Origin: Acidimicrobiales bacterium
Lineage (GTDB): Bacteria > Actinomycetota > Acidimicrobiia > Acidimicrobiales > JAVJTC01
Assembly: GCA_040219085.1 (NCBI GenBank)
Contig: JAVJTC010000038.1
Location: 16,199 to 80,198, forward strand
DNA: 64,000 nucleotides
Reading direction: 5' to 3'
Under the pieces are notes generated by a model that worked only from the letters and a program-made list of their open reading frames with translations, made no database searches and was not told the origin of the DNA. The translations under genes and the position numbers were made by a program. The stretch's first letter is position 1. Each line of letters begins with the position of its first letter. Positions 16,862 to 25,571 of the stretch are shown piece after piece.

Positions 16862-16880
16862 CGGCGGAAACCGCCCGTTC

Positions 16881-17783
16881 TCAGGCTCCGACCGGCGTGA
16901 GGCGTGAGCGGTAGACGGCGTGGGCGGTGAGGGCGCCGATGACGATCGCCATGCCCAGTGCCTGACCCGCGTTGATGGTCTGGTCGAGGAACCACCAGGC
17001 GAACAACGTGGAGAACACCGGTAGCAGCAACTGCAGCACGCCTATCACCAGGAACGGCACGAAGCGGTGGGCGTTGTTGATCAGCAGGTGCCCGCCGCCG
17101 GGGAGTGCTGCGACTGCGACCAGACGCAACCATTCCGTGCCGTCGCCGGGTGTGAGGTCCTGGCCTGCGATGAGTGCCATGGGTAGGAGCACGATCCCCG
17201 CCCAGAACATCAGCCCCATCATGAACGGGACCGTGTCGACGCTCTGGCGCGCCTTGCGGCTCATGACGAAGTAGCCGAGCGTGAAGGCGATCGACGACAC
17301 GGCTATGAGGTCGCCGGTGAAGTCGGCCGTGCCGCCGGAGTCGGCGACGAGGATCATGAACGTCCCGCCGCCGAGCGCGGTGAGTACCCATCCGGCGTCG
17401 CCGATTCCGACCCGCTCGCCGAAGACGAAACGTGCGGCGACGACCGTGGCGACGGGTTGCATGGCGGCGATGAGGGTCGCGTTGGCCACGCTGGTGCGTT
17501 GGGCGGCTTCGAAGAACAGTCCGGTGGCGATGCCGAAGGACAGGCCGGGAGCGGCGGTCAGGCGGAAGGCCTGCCAGCTGAGCTTGCCGAACGCGGCCGA
17601 GAGGAGCGCGAAGCCTGCGCAGGCGATTGCCGCGCGCCATACCCCGACTGCGAGGCCTTCGAGGTCCGACCCGGCCACCAGTGGGGCGCTCGTGGCGAAG
17701 CCGATGAATCCGATGAACACTCCGAGGACGCCGAGATGTCGGGCTCTGGTCTGCTCGGCGGTCTCGGCGGTGGGTGCGGCCAC
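16881..17783 (-). CDS. EamA/DMT family transporter
   Basis: 300 aa with about 10 TM segments in two EamA-like halves. Confidence 0.75.
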   Translation of the reverse strand: MAAPTAETAEQTRARHLGVLGVFIGFIGFATSAPLVAGSDLEGLAVGVWRAAIACAGFALLSAAFGKLSWQAFRLTAAPGLSFGIATGLFFEAAQRTSVANATLIAAMQPVATVVAARFVFGERVGIGDAGWVLTALGGGTFMILVADSGGTADFTGDLIAVSSIAFTLGYFVMSRKARQSVDTVPFMMGLMFWAGIVLLPMALIAGQDLTPGDGTEWLRLVAVAALPGGGHLLINNAHRFVPFLVIGVLQLLLPVFSTLFAWWFLDQTINAGQALGMAIVIGALTAHAVYRSRLTPVGA

Positions 17784-17796
17784 ACCCGAACACTAT

Positions 17797-17813
17797 CTGT
17801 CTTGGCAAGACAG
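17797..17813. promoter_or_regulatory. 17-bp palindrome CTGTCTTGGCAAGACAG upstream of the EamA transporter
   Basis: 7-bp arms with a 3-nt centre, 14 nt upstream of the ATG at 17783. The GT-N-AC architecture is compatible with GntR-type operators, and a GntR gene lies 1.3 kb away. Confidence 0.4.
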
Positions 17814-17924
17814 CTTCCGGCTTGCGCGCATCGATCGCAGATGGCCGGGGCGTGTCGTGACGGCTTCGGCGTCGTGAATGGACGGGGGGCGGTCCGGCGT
17901 TTGCCGTCGGTCGGTAGCCCGGTG

Positions 17925-19070
17925 TCAGAGGCCGAGGTCGCGAGCGATTATGAGGCGCATGACCTCGCTGCTCCCTCCGTAGAGGCGGGTGACCCGCGCA
18001 TCCGAGTACAGGCGTGCGATCGGGTACTCGGTGAGGTACCCGTACCCTCCGAACAGTTGGAGGCAACGATCGACGACCCGTCCCTGCATTTCGGTGATGA
18101 ACAGCTTGACCCGCGCGGCATCGGCGGGAGTGAGAGTCCCGGCGTCGAGCGCTTCGATCGCCTGATCGACGATGGCCTGGCCGGCGGCGACCTCAGTCGA
18201 GCAGGACGCGAGCTCGAAACGCGTGTTCTGGAACGCCGAGATGGGTCGCCCGAACGCCTCCCGGTTCTTCACGTGGTCGACGGTCATGGCGACCGCTGCA
18301 GACGCCGCAGCCTGTGACGCGATCGAGATGGAGAGACGCTCCTGGGGGAGGTTCGAGGTCAGGTAGGTGAACCCTGCGTTCTCCTCGCCGAGGATGCGGT
18401 CGACCGGTACGACGACGTCGTTGAAGAACAGCTCCGCGAGGTCCTGCGCCTGCAGGCCGATCTTGCGGAGGTTCCTACCCCGTTCTACGCCCTCTGTCGT
18501 CGCGTCGACCAGGAGGATGCTCAGCCCGTCGCGGCGGCTGTGGGGATCGGTGCGCACCACGAGCAGGAAGAGGTCGGCGAGAAGTCCACTCGAGATCATC
18601 GTCTTCGCGCCGTTGACAACGTAGTGGTCACCGTCGCGGCGGGCCGATGTCGAGATGCCGCCGAGATCAGAGCCTGCGTCGGGCTCGGTCATCGCCAGGG
18701 CGACAGCTAGATCGCCCGACACGAACTTCGGCAGGAGCTCCCGCTTCTGGTCCTCGGTGCAGTAGGCGAGAAGGTACGGGAGCGCCATGTCGACCTGCAC
18801 TCTCAGGCCGCCGAGTGCGTATCCGTGCGAACTCGCCTCCTCGGTGAACACGGCGTTGAACTTGAAGCTCTCGACGCCCGCACCGCCGTACTCCGTGGGG
18901 ACCATGATCCCGAGAAGACCTAGCTCCGCTGCCCAGTACCAGAGGTCGCGGTCGGGTCTCCCCGCGTCGATCCAGTCCTCGTAGACGGGCCCCACCCGCT
19001 GATCGAGGAAGGTCCGCACCGACCCGCGGAACCGCTCGTGGTCGTCGTCGTAGAGGTTGCGCTCGATCAT
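17925..19070 (-). CDS. Acyl-CoA dehydrogenase
   Basis: 381 aa. Has ALAMTEPDAGSDLGG and a C-terminal YGGSSEVMRLIIARDLGL, both typical of ACADs. Confidence 0.9.
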   Translation of the reverse strand: MIERNLYDDDHERFRGSVRTFLDQRVGPVYEDWIDAGRPDRDLWYWAAELGLLGIMVPTEYGGAGVESFKFNAVFTEEASSHGYALGGLRVQVDMALPYLLAYCTEDQKRELLPKFVSGDLAVALAMTEPDAGSDLGGISTSARRDGDHYVVNGAKTMISSGLLADLFLLVVRTDPHSRRDGLSILLVDATTEGVERGRNLRKIGLQAQDLAELFFNDVVVPVDRILGEENAGFTYLTSNLPQERLSISIASQAAASAAVAMTVDHVKNREAFGRPISAFQNTRFELASCSTEVAAGQAIVDQAIEALDAGTLTPADAARVKLFITEMQGRVVDRCLQLFGGYGYLTEYPIARLYSDARVTRLYGGSSEVMRLIIARDLGL

Positions 19071-19104
19071 GACACTCGTCTCTTGTCTGGGCGTTCTCGC
19101 CGGG

Positions 19105-19863
19105 TCAGTCGACGTGACGCCAGGGGAGTGGTACGTCCATGAGGTGTCGGTACTCCTCTTCGAGGAAGGCCCGGAAGTTGGCCACGTGGGTCCGCATCAG
19201 CTCGGCTGCCAAGTCCGGATCCGACGCCAGGATCGCGGTCGTGATCTGGTCGTGGATGTCGCAGGCCTGGGCGCGTTCGGCGAGGGGGTAGTGAACGCCG
19301 AGGGCGCTTCCATCTGTCATGCCGTGCAGAGATGAGACGAGGAATGCGAACAACATGTTCTGTGAGCTGGTCGCGACGAGTTCGTGCCAGCGTTCGTTCT
19401 CGGCGAGGAAGGCGCCCGGATCGGCGTGGACGTCGCGGATCGCTTCGACGGACTGCTGCAACTGGACCCGTTGCTCATCGGTTGCGTTGAGAGCGGCCAG
19501 TGCCGCGGAGTGTGGTTCGATCGCTTCGCGCACCTCGACGACTGCTCGAAACGGTGCATGATTCACGTGCAGCAGCAGCGTGATGGTGCTGCCGAGGTAC
19601 TGGCCGCCCGGCTCGGTCACGACCGGGCCGCCGCCGGGCCCGGGCTTGAGCCGAATGATCCCCTGGAGCTCGAGATAGCGCAGGGCTTCTCGCAGCGTGG
19701 GGCGTCCCACAGCGTAGGTCTCGATCATCTCCCGTTCCGGTGGGAGGTGATCACCGACGGAGTAGCCCCCGGACGTGATGAACTCTACGATCCGCTCCGC
19801 CACGAGGATCGCCGTCTTCTTCGGTCGTTCGAGGCCTTGGCGGGGTCCCGCCGTCTCGGTCAC
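19105..19863 (-). CDS. GntR family transcriptional regulator (FadR/FCD subfamily)
   Basis: wHTH LPPEREMIETYAVGRPTLREALRYLELQGIIRLKPG followed by a helical FCD-like domain. Confidence 0.85.
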   Translation of the reverse strand: MTETAGPRQGLERPKKTAILVAERIVEFITSGGYSVGDHLPPEREMIETYAVGRPTLREALRYLELQGIIRLKPGPGGGPVVTEPGGQYLGSTITLLLHVNHAPFRAVVEVREAIEPHSAALAALNATDEQRVQLQQSVEAIRDVHADPGAFLAENERWHELVATSSQNMLFAFLVSSLHGMTDGSALGVHYPLAERAQACDIHDQITTAILASDPDLAAELMRTHVANFRAFLEEEYRHLMDVPLPWRHVD

Positions 19864-19911
19864 AGGTGTCGGGTCCGTGCGCGCGGCGTTGTGGCCCCGC
19901 GTGTCCGACGA

Positions 19912-20970
19912 TCAGGGCATGTAGGCATCGGCGACGATGGTATGCAGTTCGTCGAGTGCGTCGGCACCTCGTGGTCGGTGTCCTCGCTCGATCTCGTGGA
20001 CGATCTCGACCACCTTCTCGTTGACGGGAACCGGGATCCCGTGGTGACGCGCCTTCTCGACGACGACCCCGTTGAGGTAGTCGATCTCGGTGCGCCGTTC
20101 CTTGCGGAGATCCTGAAGCAGCGAGGGGAGGTTCTCGCGTGCTCCGGCCCGGCTCTCTCCGAGAGCGTGAAGTGTCGTGGAGACCTCATCCCATGCGCCC
20201 GTCGTCGAATCGGCGGCGTCCATCAGCAGTCGGTGGCTGATGGACTTCAGTACCGGCGTCGGTGCTTGACCCTCGGCCTCGGCCACACGAGCGACCTCGT
20301 GGCCCAGAGCGACGATGCAGTCGACGGACCGAGGCTCCGTCCACAGGTGCAGCGTGGTCAGGTCGGCGAGGCCGCCGACGGCGTTGGACATCACGTTCAG
20401 GGTGAACTTTCCCCACAGCTCCGCCCAGATGTCGTCGGTCGCCTCAGTGGGCCCGAGCGGGTTGAACAGCTCGGCGAGTTGATCCGGGCGCTCGCGGGAC
20501 GAGCCGGGAGAGAGCTCTCCGAAGATGAGCGACGTCCACTCGTCGCCGCTGGTTCGGCGCGGTTTACCGGGATGGAACAGCTCCACAGCCATCGGGACCA
20601 CACAGCCGACCACCTGTGACCCGAACTGGTCGATCATCGCCGGTTCGTGGAGTCCGTTCTGGGCGGAGATGAGAATTCCACCGGGGCGCAGCCTGCTCGC
20701 GGCGAACGGGGCCGCCCAGACCGAGTCGTAGCCCTTGACGGCGACCACGGCGACGTCGAACTCTCCTGCCGGGGCATCGTCGAGGTGGCCGATGCGAGGT
20801 CGCACGTCGAAGCGCTCACTGACCGACTCCATGTGGAAGCCGTCGTCCTGGCTCTGCCAGATGTGTTGTGACCACCGGTCGACGCCGAGTATGTCGCGGT
20901 CTCCGCGTGTCATGTACCCCAGAATCGTGGAACCGATCGCTCCGCATCCCACTATGACGATCTTGGTCAT
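19912..20970 (-). CDS. Ketopantoate reductase (ApbA/PanE) family oxidoreductase
   Basis: N-terminal Rossmann MTKIVIVGCGAIGS. The C-terminal EIDYLNGVVVEKARHHGIPVPVNE is typical of the family. Confidence 0.75.
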   Translation of the reverse strand: MTKIVIVGCGAIGSTILGYMTRGDRDILGVDRWSQHIWQSQDDGFHMESVSERFDVRPRIGHLDDAPAGEFDVAVVAVKGYDSVWAAPFAASRLRPGGILISAQNGLHEPAMIDQFGSQVVGCVVPMAVELFHPGKPRRTSGDEWTSLIFGELSPGSSRERPDQLAELFNPLGPTEATDDIWAELWGKFTLNVMSNAVGGLADLTTLHLWTEPRSVDCIVALGHEVARVAEAEGQAPTPVLKSISHRLLMDAADSTTGAWDEVSTTLHALGESRAGARENLPSLLQDLRKERRTEIDYLNGVVVEKARHHGIPVPVNEKVVEIVHEIERGHRPRGADALDELHTIVADAYMP

Positions 20971-21007
20971 CGGGTCTTCCTCTCGTGGTCGGGGTGAACT
21001 GGTGGCA

Positions 21008-21039
21008 CGAGGTCCCGGGCCGAGCGGCCCGGGACCTCG
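21008..21039 (-). terminator. Terminator-like hairpin after the Liv-type SBP gene
   Basis: Perfect 14-bp stem CGAGGTCCCGGGCC / GGCCCGGGACCTCG with loop GAGC, 16 nt downstream of the stop at 21055. No U-tract. Confidence 0.6.
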
Positions 21040-21054
21040 CGACTCGACGGGGGA

Positions 21055-22302
21055 CTAGCCCACCGCGACGAACTGGCCGCCTTCGACCCGCACGACGACG
21101 AGCTCCGGCGTGGTGTTGTCCTGGCTGCCGCCGTAGGTGACGCTGCCGATCACGGTCTGTAGCCCGGCCGTCGCTGCGACCGCGTCCCGGACTGCGGCCC
21201 GGGTCAGCTCCGCGGCGTTGGCGATGGCGTTCAGCAGCACCTGGGTGCCGGCGTAGCCCTCGGCGGCGAAGACGTCGGGGGCTTCGCCCCAGCGCTCCTC
21301 GTACGCAGCGACGAAGTCTGCGACCTCCGGATTGGAAGCGAGGAACGGCACGAAGGTCGTCGAACCCTCGCCCGCATCGCCGGCCAGCTCGAAGATCTCC
21401 GCGTTGGTGAAGGGCGCAGCACCGATGAAGTCGGCCTCGATTCCCCGCTCCCGCGCCTGGATCATGAATGCTGACATCACGGCGATGTCGGCGTGGCTGA
21501 TCCAGATCGCGTCGGGGTTCTCGCCCGCCAGGTTCGAGACGACACCGGAGAGGTCCGTCTGGCCGGCTTCCGCGGTCTCAGTGCCGACTATCTCGTACCC
21601 GAGGGCTTCCGCGTTCGCGTTGAGGAGATCCACCTCGCCCTGCGATGAAGCGTTGGACGGGTCGTAGAAGATCCCGACGGTCTCGAAGCCGAGTAGATCC
21701 TTCATCTCGCCGACGGCGACAGGGAATGATGGTCCCGTGATGGGCGCGACCCGGAACATCCACTCGTTCAGAACGCCATCTTCGAGTGCTCCGGTCGACG
21801 TCGGAGCGAGAACCGTGAGCCCGATCTCCTCGGCGAGCGGGCTCGCGATCGGGATGGCTGTCGTCGCTGTCGGTCCGAGAACCGCCAGCACGCTGTCATC
21901 TCCTGCGAGCTGGCGCATCGATGGGCCAGCATTGGCCTGGTCGCTGGCGGTATCCTCCTCGACGGTCTCCACGATGATCGCGTCCTGGGATGCGTTGAAC
22001 TGCTCCACAGCGAGCACCGCGCCGTTCACGACCTTGCGGCCGAACGGCTCGATCGGGCCGCTGAGGTCCTCCATGAGACCGATCGTGACGGTCACCGTCT
22101 CGGCGGGCTCCTCGGTTCCGTCGTCAGAGTTGGTTCCGTCGTCTGTGGTTGTTCCGTCGTCAGAGTTGGTTCCGTCGTCTGTGGTTGCGCCGTCGTCACC
22201 GGCGGATGTGTCGTCGTCGTCACCGCATGCGGCGGCGAAGAGGCTCATGATCACAAGGAGCGACAACAGGAGTCGTGTCGGTCCGCGAAGTTGCTTCAGC
22301 AT
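21055..22302 (-). CDS. Liv-type (branched-chain amino acid/amide family) ABC substrate-binding lipoprotein
   Basis: Lipobox LFAAAC|GDDDD followed by an acidic repeat linker (DDGTNSDDGTTT)x2. The body resembles type I PBPs of the LivK family. Confidence 0.8.
   Translation of the reverse strand: MLKQLRGPTRLLLSLLVIMSLFAAACGDDDDTSAGDDGATTDDGTNSDDGTTTDDGTNSDDGTEEPAETVTVTIGLMEDLSGPIEPFGRKVVNGAVLAVEQFNASQDAIIVETVEEDTASDQANAGPSMRQLAGDDSVLAVLGPTATTAIPIASPLAEEIGLTVLAPTSTGALEDGVLNEWMFRVAPITGPSFPVAVGEMKDLLGFETVGIFYDPSNASSQGEVDLLNANAEALGYEIVGTETAEAGQTDLSGVVSNLAGENPDAIWISHADIAVMSAFMIQARERGIEADFIGAAPFTNAEIFELAGDAGEGSTTFVPFLASNPEVADFVAAYEERWGEAPDVFAAEGYAGTQVLLNAIANAAELTRAAVRDAVAATAGLQTVIGSVTYGGSQDNTTPELVVVRVEGGQFVAVG
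22115..22186. repeat. Perfect 36-nt tandem duplication inside the SBP linker
   Basis: GTTCCGTCGTCAGAGTTGGTTCCGTCGTCTGTGGTT occurs twice back to back and encodes the duplicated TTDDGTNSDDGT segment. Confidence 0.9.
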
Positions 22303-23243
22303 TCGCTTGTCCCTTCGGTTGTTTCTGAATGGTCGGTTGTTTCGATCGTGGTTGGGGCTGTCCCGTGGGCTCTGAGTCGGGGTCTTCGTCCTCGAGGTGG
22401 TCGCGGCCCGGTCGCCAGTGCTGCCATCCGCGCGACTGGGAGCCGTCGACGGGGGATGAGGCCGTCAGGTCTGACGAGCGTGACGACGAGCAGGACCAGT
22501 CCGAATAGCGTCGTCTTGCCTCCGAGGGGGAAGTCCCAGACCTCGGGGATGACGGTCAGAGCGGTCGCTCCGAGCAGCGGGCCATAGCCGGAGTAGACGC
22601 CGCCGACCACGGCGAAGACGAGGAAGTCGACCGACTGGGCGAAGGTGAGGTCTGGTGGCTGGATGACGCCGAAGAACCGACCGTAGAAATAGCCGGAGAG
22701 GCCGGCGAAGGCGGCGGACACCGTAAAGGAACCCGTGCGGACGAGCCAGGCCGGCACTCCGGCTGTCTCGACGAGTACCGGGTCGGCTCCGTAGGCGAGG
22801 ACGAAGAGTTCGGACCTCGTGCGGCGGATGAGCGCCAACTCGACGACCACGATGATCCCGGCGACGACCAGAACCGGCCAGATGCTGCTCAGCAGTGGAA
22901 TGCCAGCGAGTCCGGCCGCTCGTCCGAGTGGCTCCTGATCTGCGGCGATGATGCGGGAGATCTCGGCGAAGACGAGCGTAGCGAGGGCGAGGAAGAGGTG
23001 GTCGAGCCGCAACGTCAGCAGCGACAGGAGCAGGCCGGCACCCGCCGCCACGGCGATCGCGAGGAGGATGGCAACCGCGTCGCTGCCGCCGTCGCGGACG
23101 ATGAGAGCTGCGGAGTAGCCGCCGAAGCCCATCAGGGCGGCGTGGCCGACAGAGAGGCTTCCGGCGCGGATGGCGATCCCGAGGGACCACGCCGCGATCC
23201 CATTCACGAGGGCGAGAGCGAGGACTGCTTCCCAGTAGCCCAT
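22296..23243 (-). CDS. Liv-type ABC permease (LivM-like)
   Basis: Hydrophobic 315-aa ORF with SLSVGHAALMGFGGYSAALI. Starts immediately after the LivH-like stop. Confidence 0.8.
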   Translation of the reverse strand: MGYWEAVLALALVNGIAAWSLGIAIRAGSLSVGHAALMGFGGYSAALIVRDGGSDAVAILLAIAVAAGAGLLLSLLTLRLDHLFLALATLVFAEISRIIAADQEPLGRAAGLAGIPLLSSIWPVLVVAGIIVVVELALIRRTRSELFVLAYGADPVLVETAGVPAWLVRTGSFTVSAAFAGLSGYFYGRFFGVIQPPDLTFAQSVDFLVFAVVGGVYSGYGPLLGATALTVIPEVWDFPLGGKTTLFGLVLLVVTLVRPDGLIPRRRLPVARMAALATGPRPPRGRRPRLRAHGTAPTTIETTDHSETTEGTSEC

Positions 23244-24095
23244 CTACCGTTCCTTCAGGAGGCCGCTGGGGCGCACGATCATGACGACGAGCAGGAGCCC
23301 GAAGCTCACGGCTGTCTTCATGGCGCTGGATACGTACAGCTCGGCGACGGACTCGAGAATGCCGATGAGTAGTCCTCCGGCGACGGCTCCGGTCATGTTT
23401 CCGGCGCCGCCGACGAGCATCGCGATCACGCCTTTGAGGCCCGCGTTGGCTCCGATGAAGGGGCTGACGGAGCCGACGAGTACGGCTGTGAGGACGCCGG
23501 AGAGGCCGATGGCGAGGCCGGCGGCGACAACGGATCCGAGCTGAACGAGAGGCGTCGCAACGCCGTAGGCCGATCCGAGTTCCGGTGCCCATGACGTGGC
23601 TCGGAACGCGAGACCGATCATCGTGTAGCGGAAGATGACGAGCGTGATCGCAACGAAAACGAGGACAACCGCGACGACCGCGATCCCGGTCTTTCGGATG
23701 AAGATCCCGTTGATCTCGAAGACGCCGGTGGGGAAGAGGTTGGGCATGATCCGGAGCTGACTCCCCGCGATGTCCGAGAGGATCCCCTGCAGCAGGAGAC
23801 CGGCGCCGATCGACGCGACGATCGGCGCCATACGCGCCTTCTTGAGCATCGGCTGAACGGCGACGAGGTGGGTCACGAGGGTCAGCCCGGCTGTTGCGAG
23901 GACCGCGAAGATGATCGCCGGCGCGGCGCCGAAGTCCGCTGAGGCCCACCCGATGATCGCTGCGAAGGCGATGAGTTGGAGAAAGGCGAGGTTGACCGTC
24001 CGCATCGTCGCCCACACGAGGCTGAAGGCGAGCGCGACCAGAGCGTAGAGAGAGCCGGTCATTCCGCCGTCGATGACGGCCTGCAACTGCCTCAT
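23244..24095 (-). CDS. Liv-type ABC permease (LivH-like)
   Basis: Internal ATG at 24095 (MRQLQAVIDGGMTGSLYALVALAFSLVW) overlaps the upstream stop as ATGA. The rest of the 439-aa ORF upstream is Arg/Pro-rich shadow sequence. Confidence 0.8.
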   Translation of the reverse strand: MRQLQAVIDGGMTGSLYALVALAFSLVWATMRTVNLAFLQLIAFAAIIGWASADFGAAPAIIFAVLATAGLTLVTHLVAVQPMLKKARMAPIVASIGAGLLLQGILSDIAGSQLRIMPNLFPTGVFEINGIFIRKTGIAVVAVVLVFVAITLVIFRYTMIGLAFRATSWAPELGSAYGVATPLVQLGSVVAAGLAIGLSGVLTAVLVGSVSPFIGANAGLKGVIAMLVGGAGNMTGAVAGGLLIGILESVAELYVSSAMKTAVSFGLLLVVMIVRPSGLLKER

Positions 24096-24799
24096 GGCGG
24101 TGTCTCCTCGACCCCGAGGTACGACTCGAAGGACACTTCGGCCATTCGAACGTCGCCCATGGGTATGTCGCGTACCCGGCCGTCGTTCATCAGCGCTGCG
24201 TGGTCGGCGATCGACAGAACACCATGTGCCCGCTGCTCGACGAGGAGCATCGCGGCCCCGGTCTCGCGGAGTTTCCCGAGGGCTTCGATGATCTGATCCA
24301 CGATGACCGGTGCTAATCCGAGGGATGGCTCGTCGACGAGCAGCAGCTTCGGTGCGGTTTCCCATGCGCGGGCGAGAGCGAGCATCTGCTGCTCCCCGCC
24401 GCTGAGGGATCCGGCCGGACGGCGTAGTGCATGTCGCAGGATCGGAAAGCTCTCGAGAGAACGGTCCCGGTGGAGACGCGCCCACCGTCCGCTGAATCGG
24501 GCAAGGTCGAGGTTCTCCTCGACGGTGAGTTCTGGGACGATTCCACGTCCTTCGGGGATCCACGTCACGCCGAGCTTGTGGCGGGTGTGCGGGCTCATGT
24601 GCAGGAGTCCATGACCTTCGAGCTCAGCGGTGCCCTCGACCTGCCGGTGGACGCCCATCAGTGACTTCAGCAGCGTCGACTTTCCGGCACCGTTGGGTCC
24701 GACGATGACGAGTACCTCGCCCGCTGCGACCGAGAGGTCGATGCCGCGTATCGCCGTGACCGCTCCGTACCCCGCCGTCAGGTTCCGGACCTCAAGCAC
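24092..24799 (-). CDS. Liv-type ABC ATP-binding protein (LivF-like)
   Basis: GTG at 24799 gives VLEVRNLTAGYG. Walker A GPNGAGKST, signature LSGGEQQML and Walker B LLLVDEPS. Overlaps the upstream gene by 8 nt. Confidence 0.85.
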   Translation of the reverse strand: MLEVRNLTAGYGAVTAIRGIDLSVAAGEVLVIVGPNGAGKSTLLKSLMGVHRQVEGTAELEGHGLLHMSPHTRHKLGVTWIPEGRGIVPELTVEENLDLARFSGRWARLHRDRSLESFPILRHALRRPAGSLSGGEQQMLALARAWETAPKLLLVDEPSLGLAPVIVDQIIEALGKLRETGAAMLLVEQRAHGVLSIADHAALMNDGRVRDIPMGDVRMAEVSFESYLGVEETPP

Positions 24800-25541
24800 C
24801 GCTGACCCCCAGGTAGGCGTCCTTGACGGCGTCGTTCGCAAGCACATCTGCGGGAGATCCGCTGGCGATGAGCCGGCCGAGGTCGAGGACATGCAGTGTG
24901 GACGCGACCTCGCGCACGAAGGGGACGTTGTGCTCGATCAGCAGGACGGCGACCCCACCGGCAGCGACCCGTCGGAGCTGCCCGGCGAGGGTCACGACGT
25001 CCTCCGAGCTCATTCCCGACGCGGGCTCGTCCACGAGGAGGATGGCCGGTTCCCTCATCAGCGCTCGGGCGACTTCGAAGCGCCGGATCTCGCCAAGGGT
25101 CAGTTCGGTTGGATACCTATCGAGGAGTGCCGCAAGGTCGAGGTCTGCGACGACGCGCTGCACCAGTGCCTGCCAGTGTTCGCGCCTCTCGCGACTACCG
25201 AATCGTCGGAATGAGGCGAGAGGGATCAGGAGTTGTTCGCCGACTGTCAGGTTCGCGACGGATCTCGGGACCTGGAAGGTCATTGCCAGGCCGGCCCGCG
25301 CCCGCCGCGCGATCCCGCTGCGGGTGACGTCGACCCCGCGCAGGCTGACACTTCCCTGGTCCGGCCGCACCAGGCCCGCCATGACCTTGAGGAGCGTGGT
25401 CTTTCCCGCACCGTTGGGCCCGATGAGGCCCACGATGGCTCCTTCGGGTACCGCCATCGACACGCCATCGACAGCGCGGGACCCGCCGAAGGTGACACAG
25501 ATGTCACGGACCTCGAGGACGGTGCTGAGGTCGCCGGTCAT
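24792..25541 (-). CDS. Liv-type ABC ATP-binding protein (LivG-like)
   Basis: LEVRDICVTFGG, GPNGAGKTT and ILLVDEPASGM. Confidence 0.85.
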   Translation of the reverse strand: MTGDLSTVLEVRDICVTFGGSRAVDGVSMAVPEGAIVGLIGPNGAGKTTLLKVMAGLVRPDQGSVSLRGVDVTRSGIARRARAGLAMTFQVPRSVANLTVGEQLLIPLASFRRFGSRERREHWQALVQRVVADLDLAALLDRYPTELTLGEIRRFEVARALMREPAILLVDEPASGMSSEDVVTLAGQLRRVAAGGVAVLLIEHNVPFVREVASTLHVLDLGRLIASGSPADVLANDAVKDAYLGVSGA

Positions 25542-25571
25542 GGGTTCGTGTGTGGTGATCGGTTCCTCCGG

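Noticed and set aside
16861-16877. Small hairpin GGCGG-AAA-CCGCC after the lipoprotein gene, as a terminator
   Set aside because: The stem is only 5 bp with no U-tract, which is too weak to call.
22465-24015. 516-aa ORF on the minus strand in an alternative frame of the Liv permease genes
   Set aside because: It is extremely Arg-rich (runs of RRR and PRR) and overlaps two hydrophobic permease ORFs that have proper family features.
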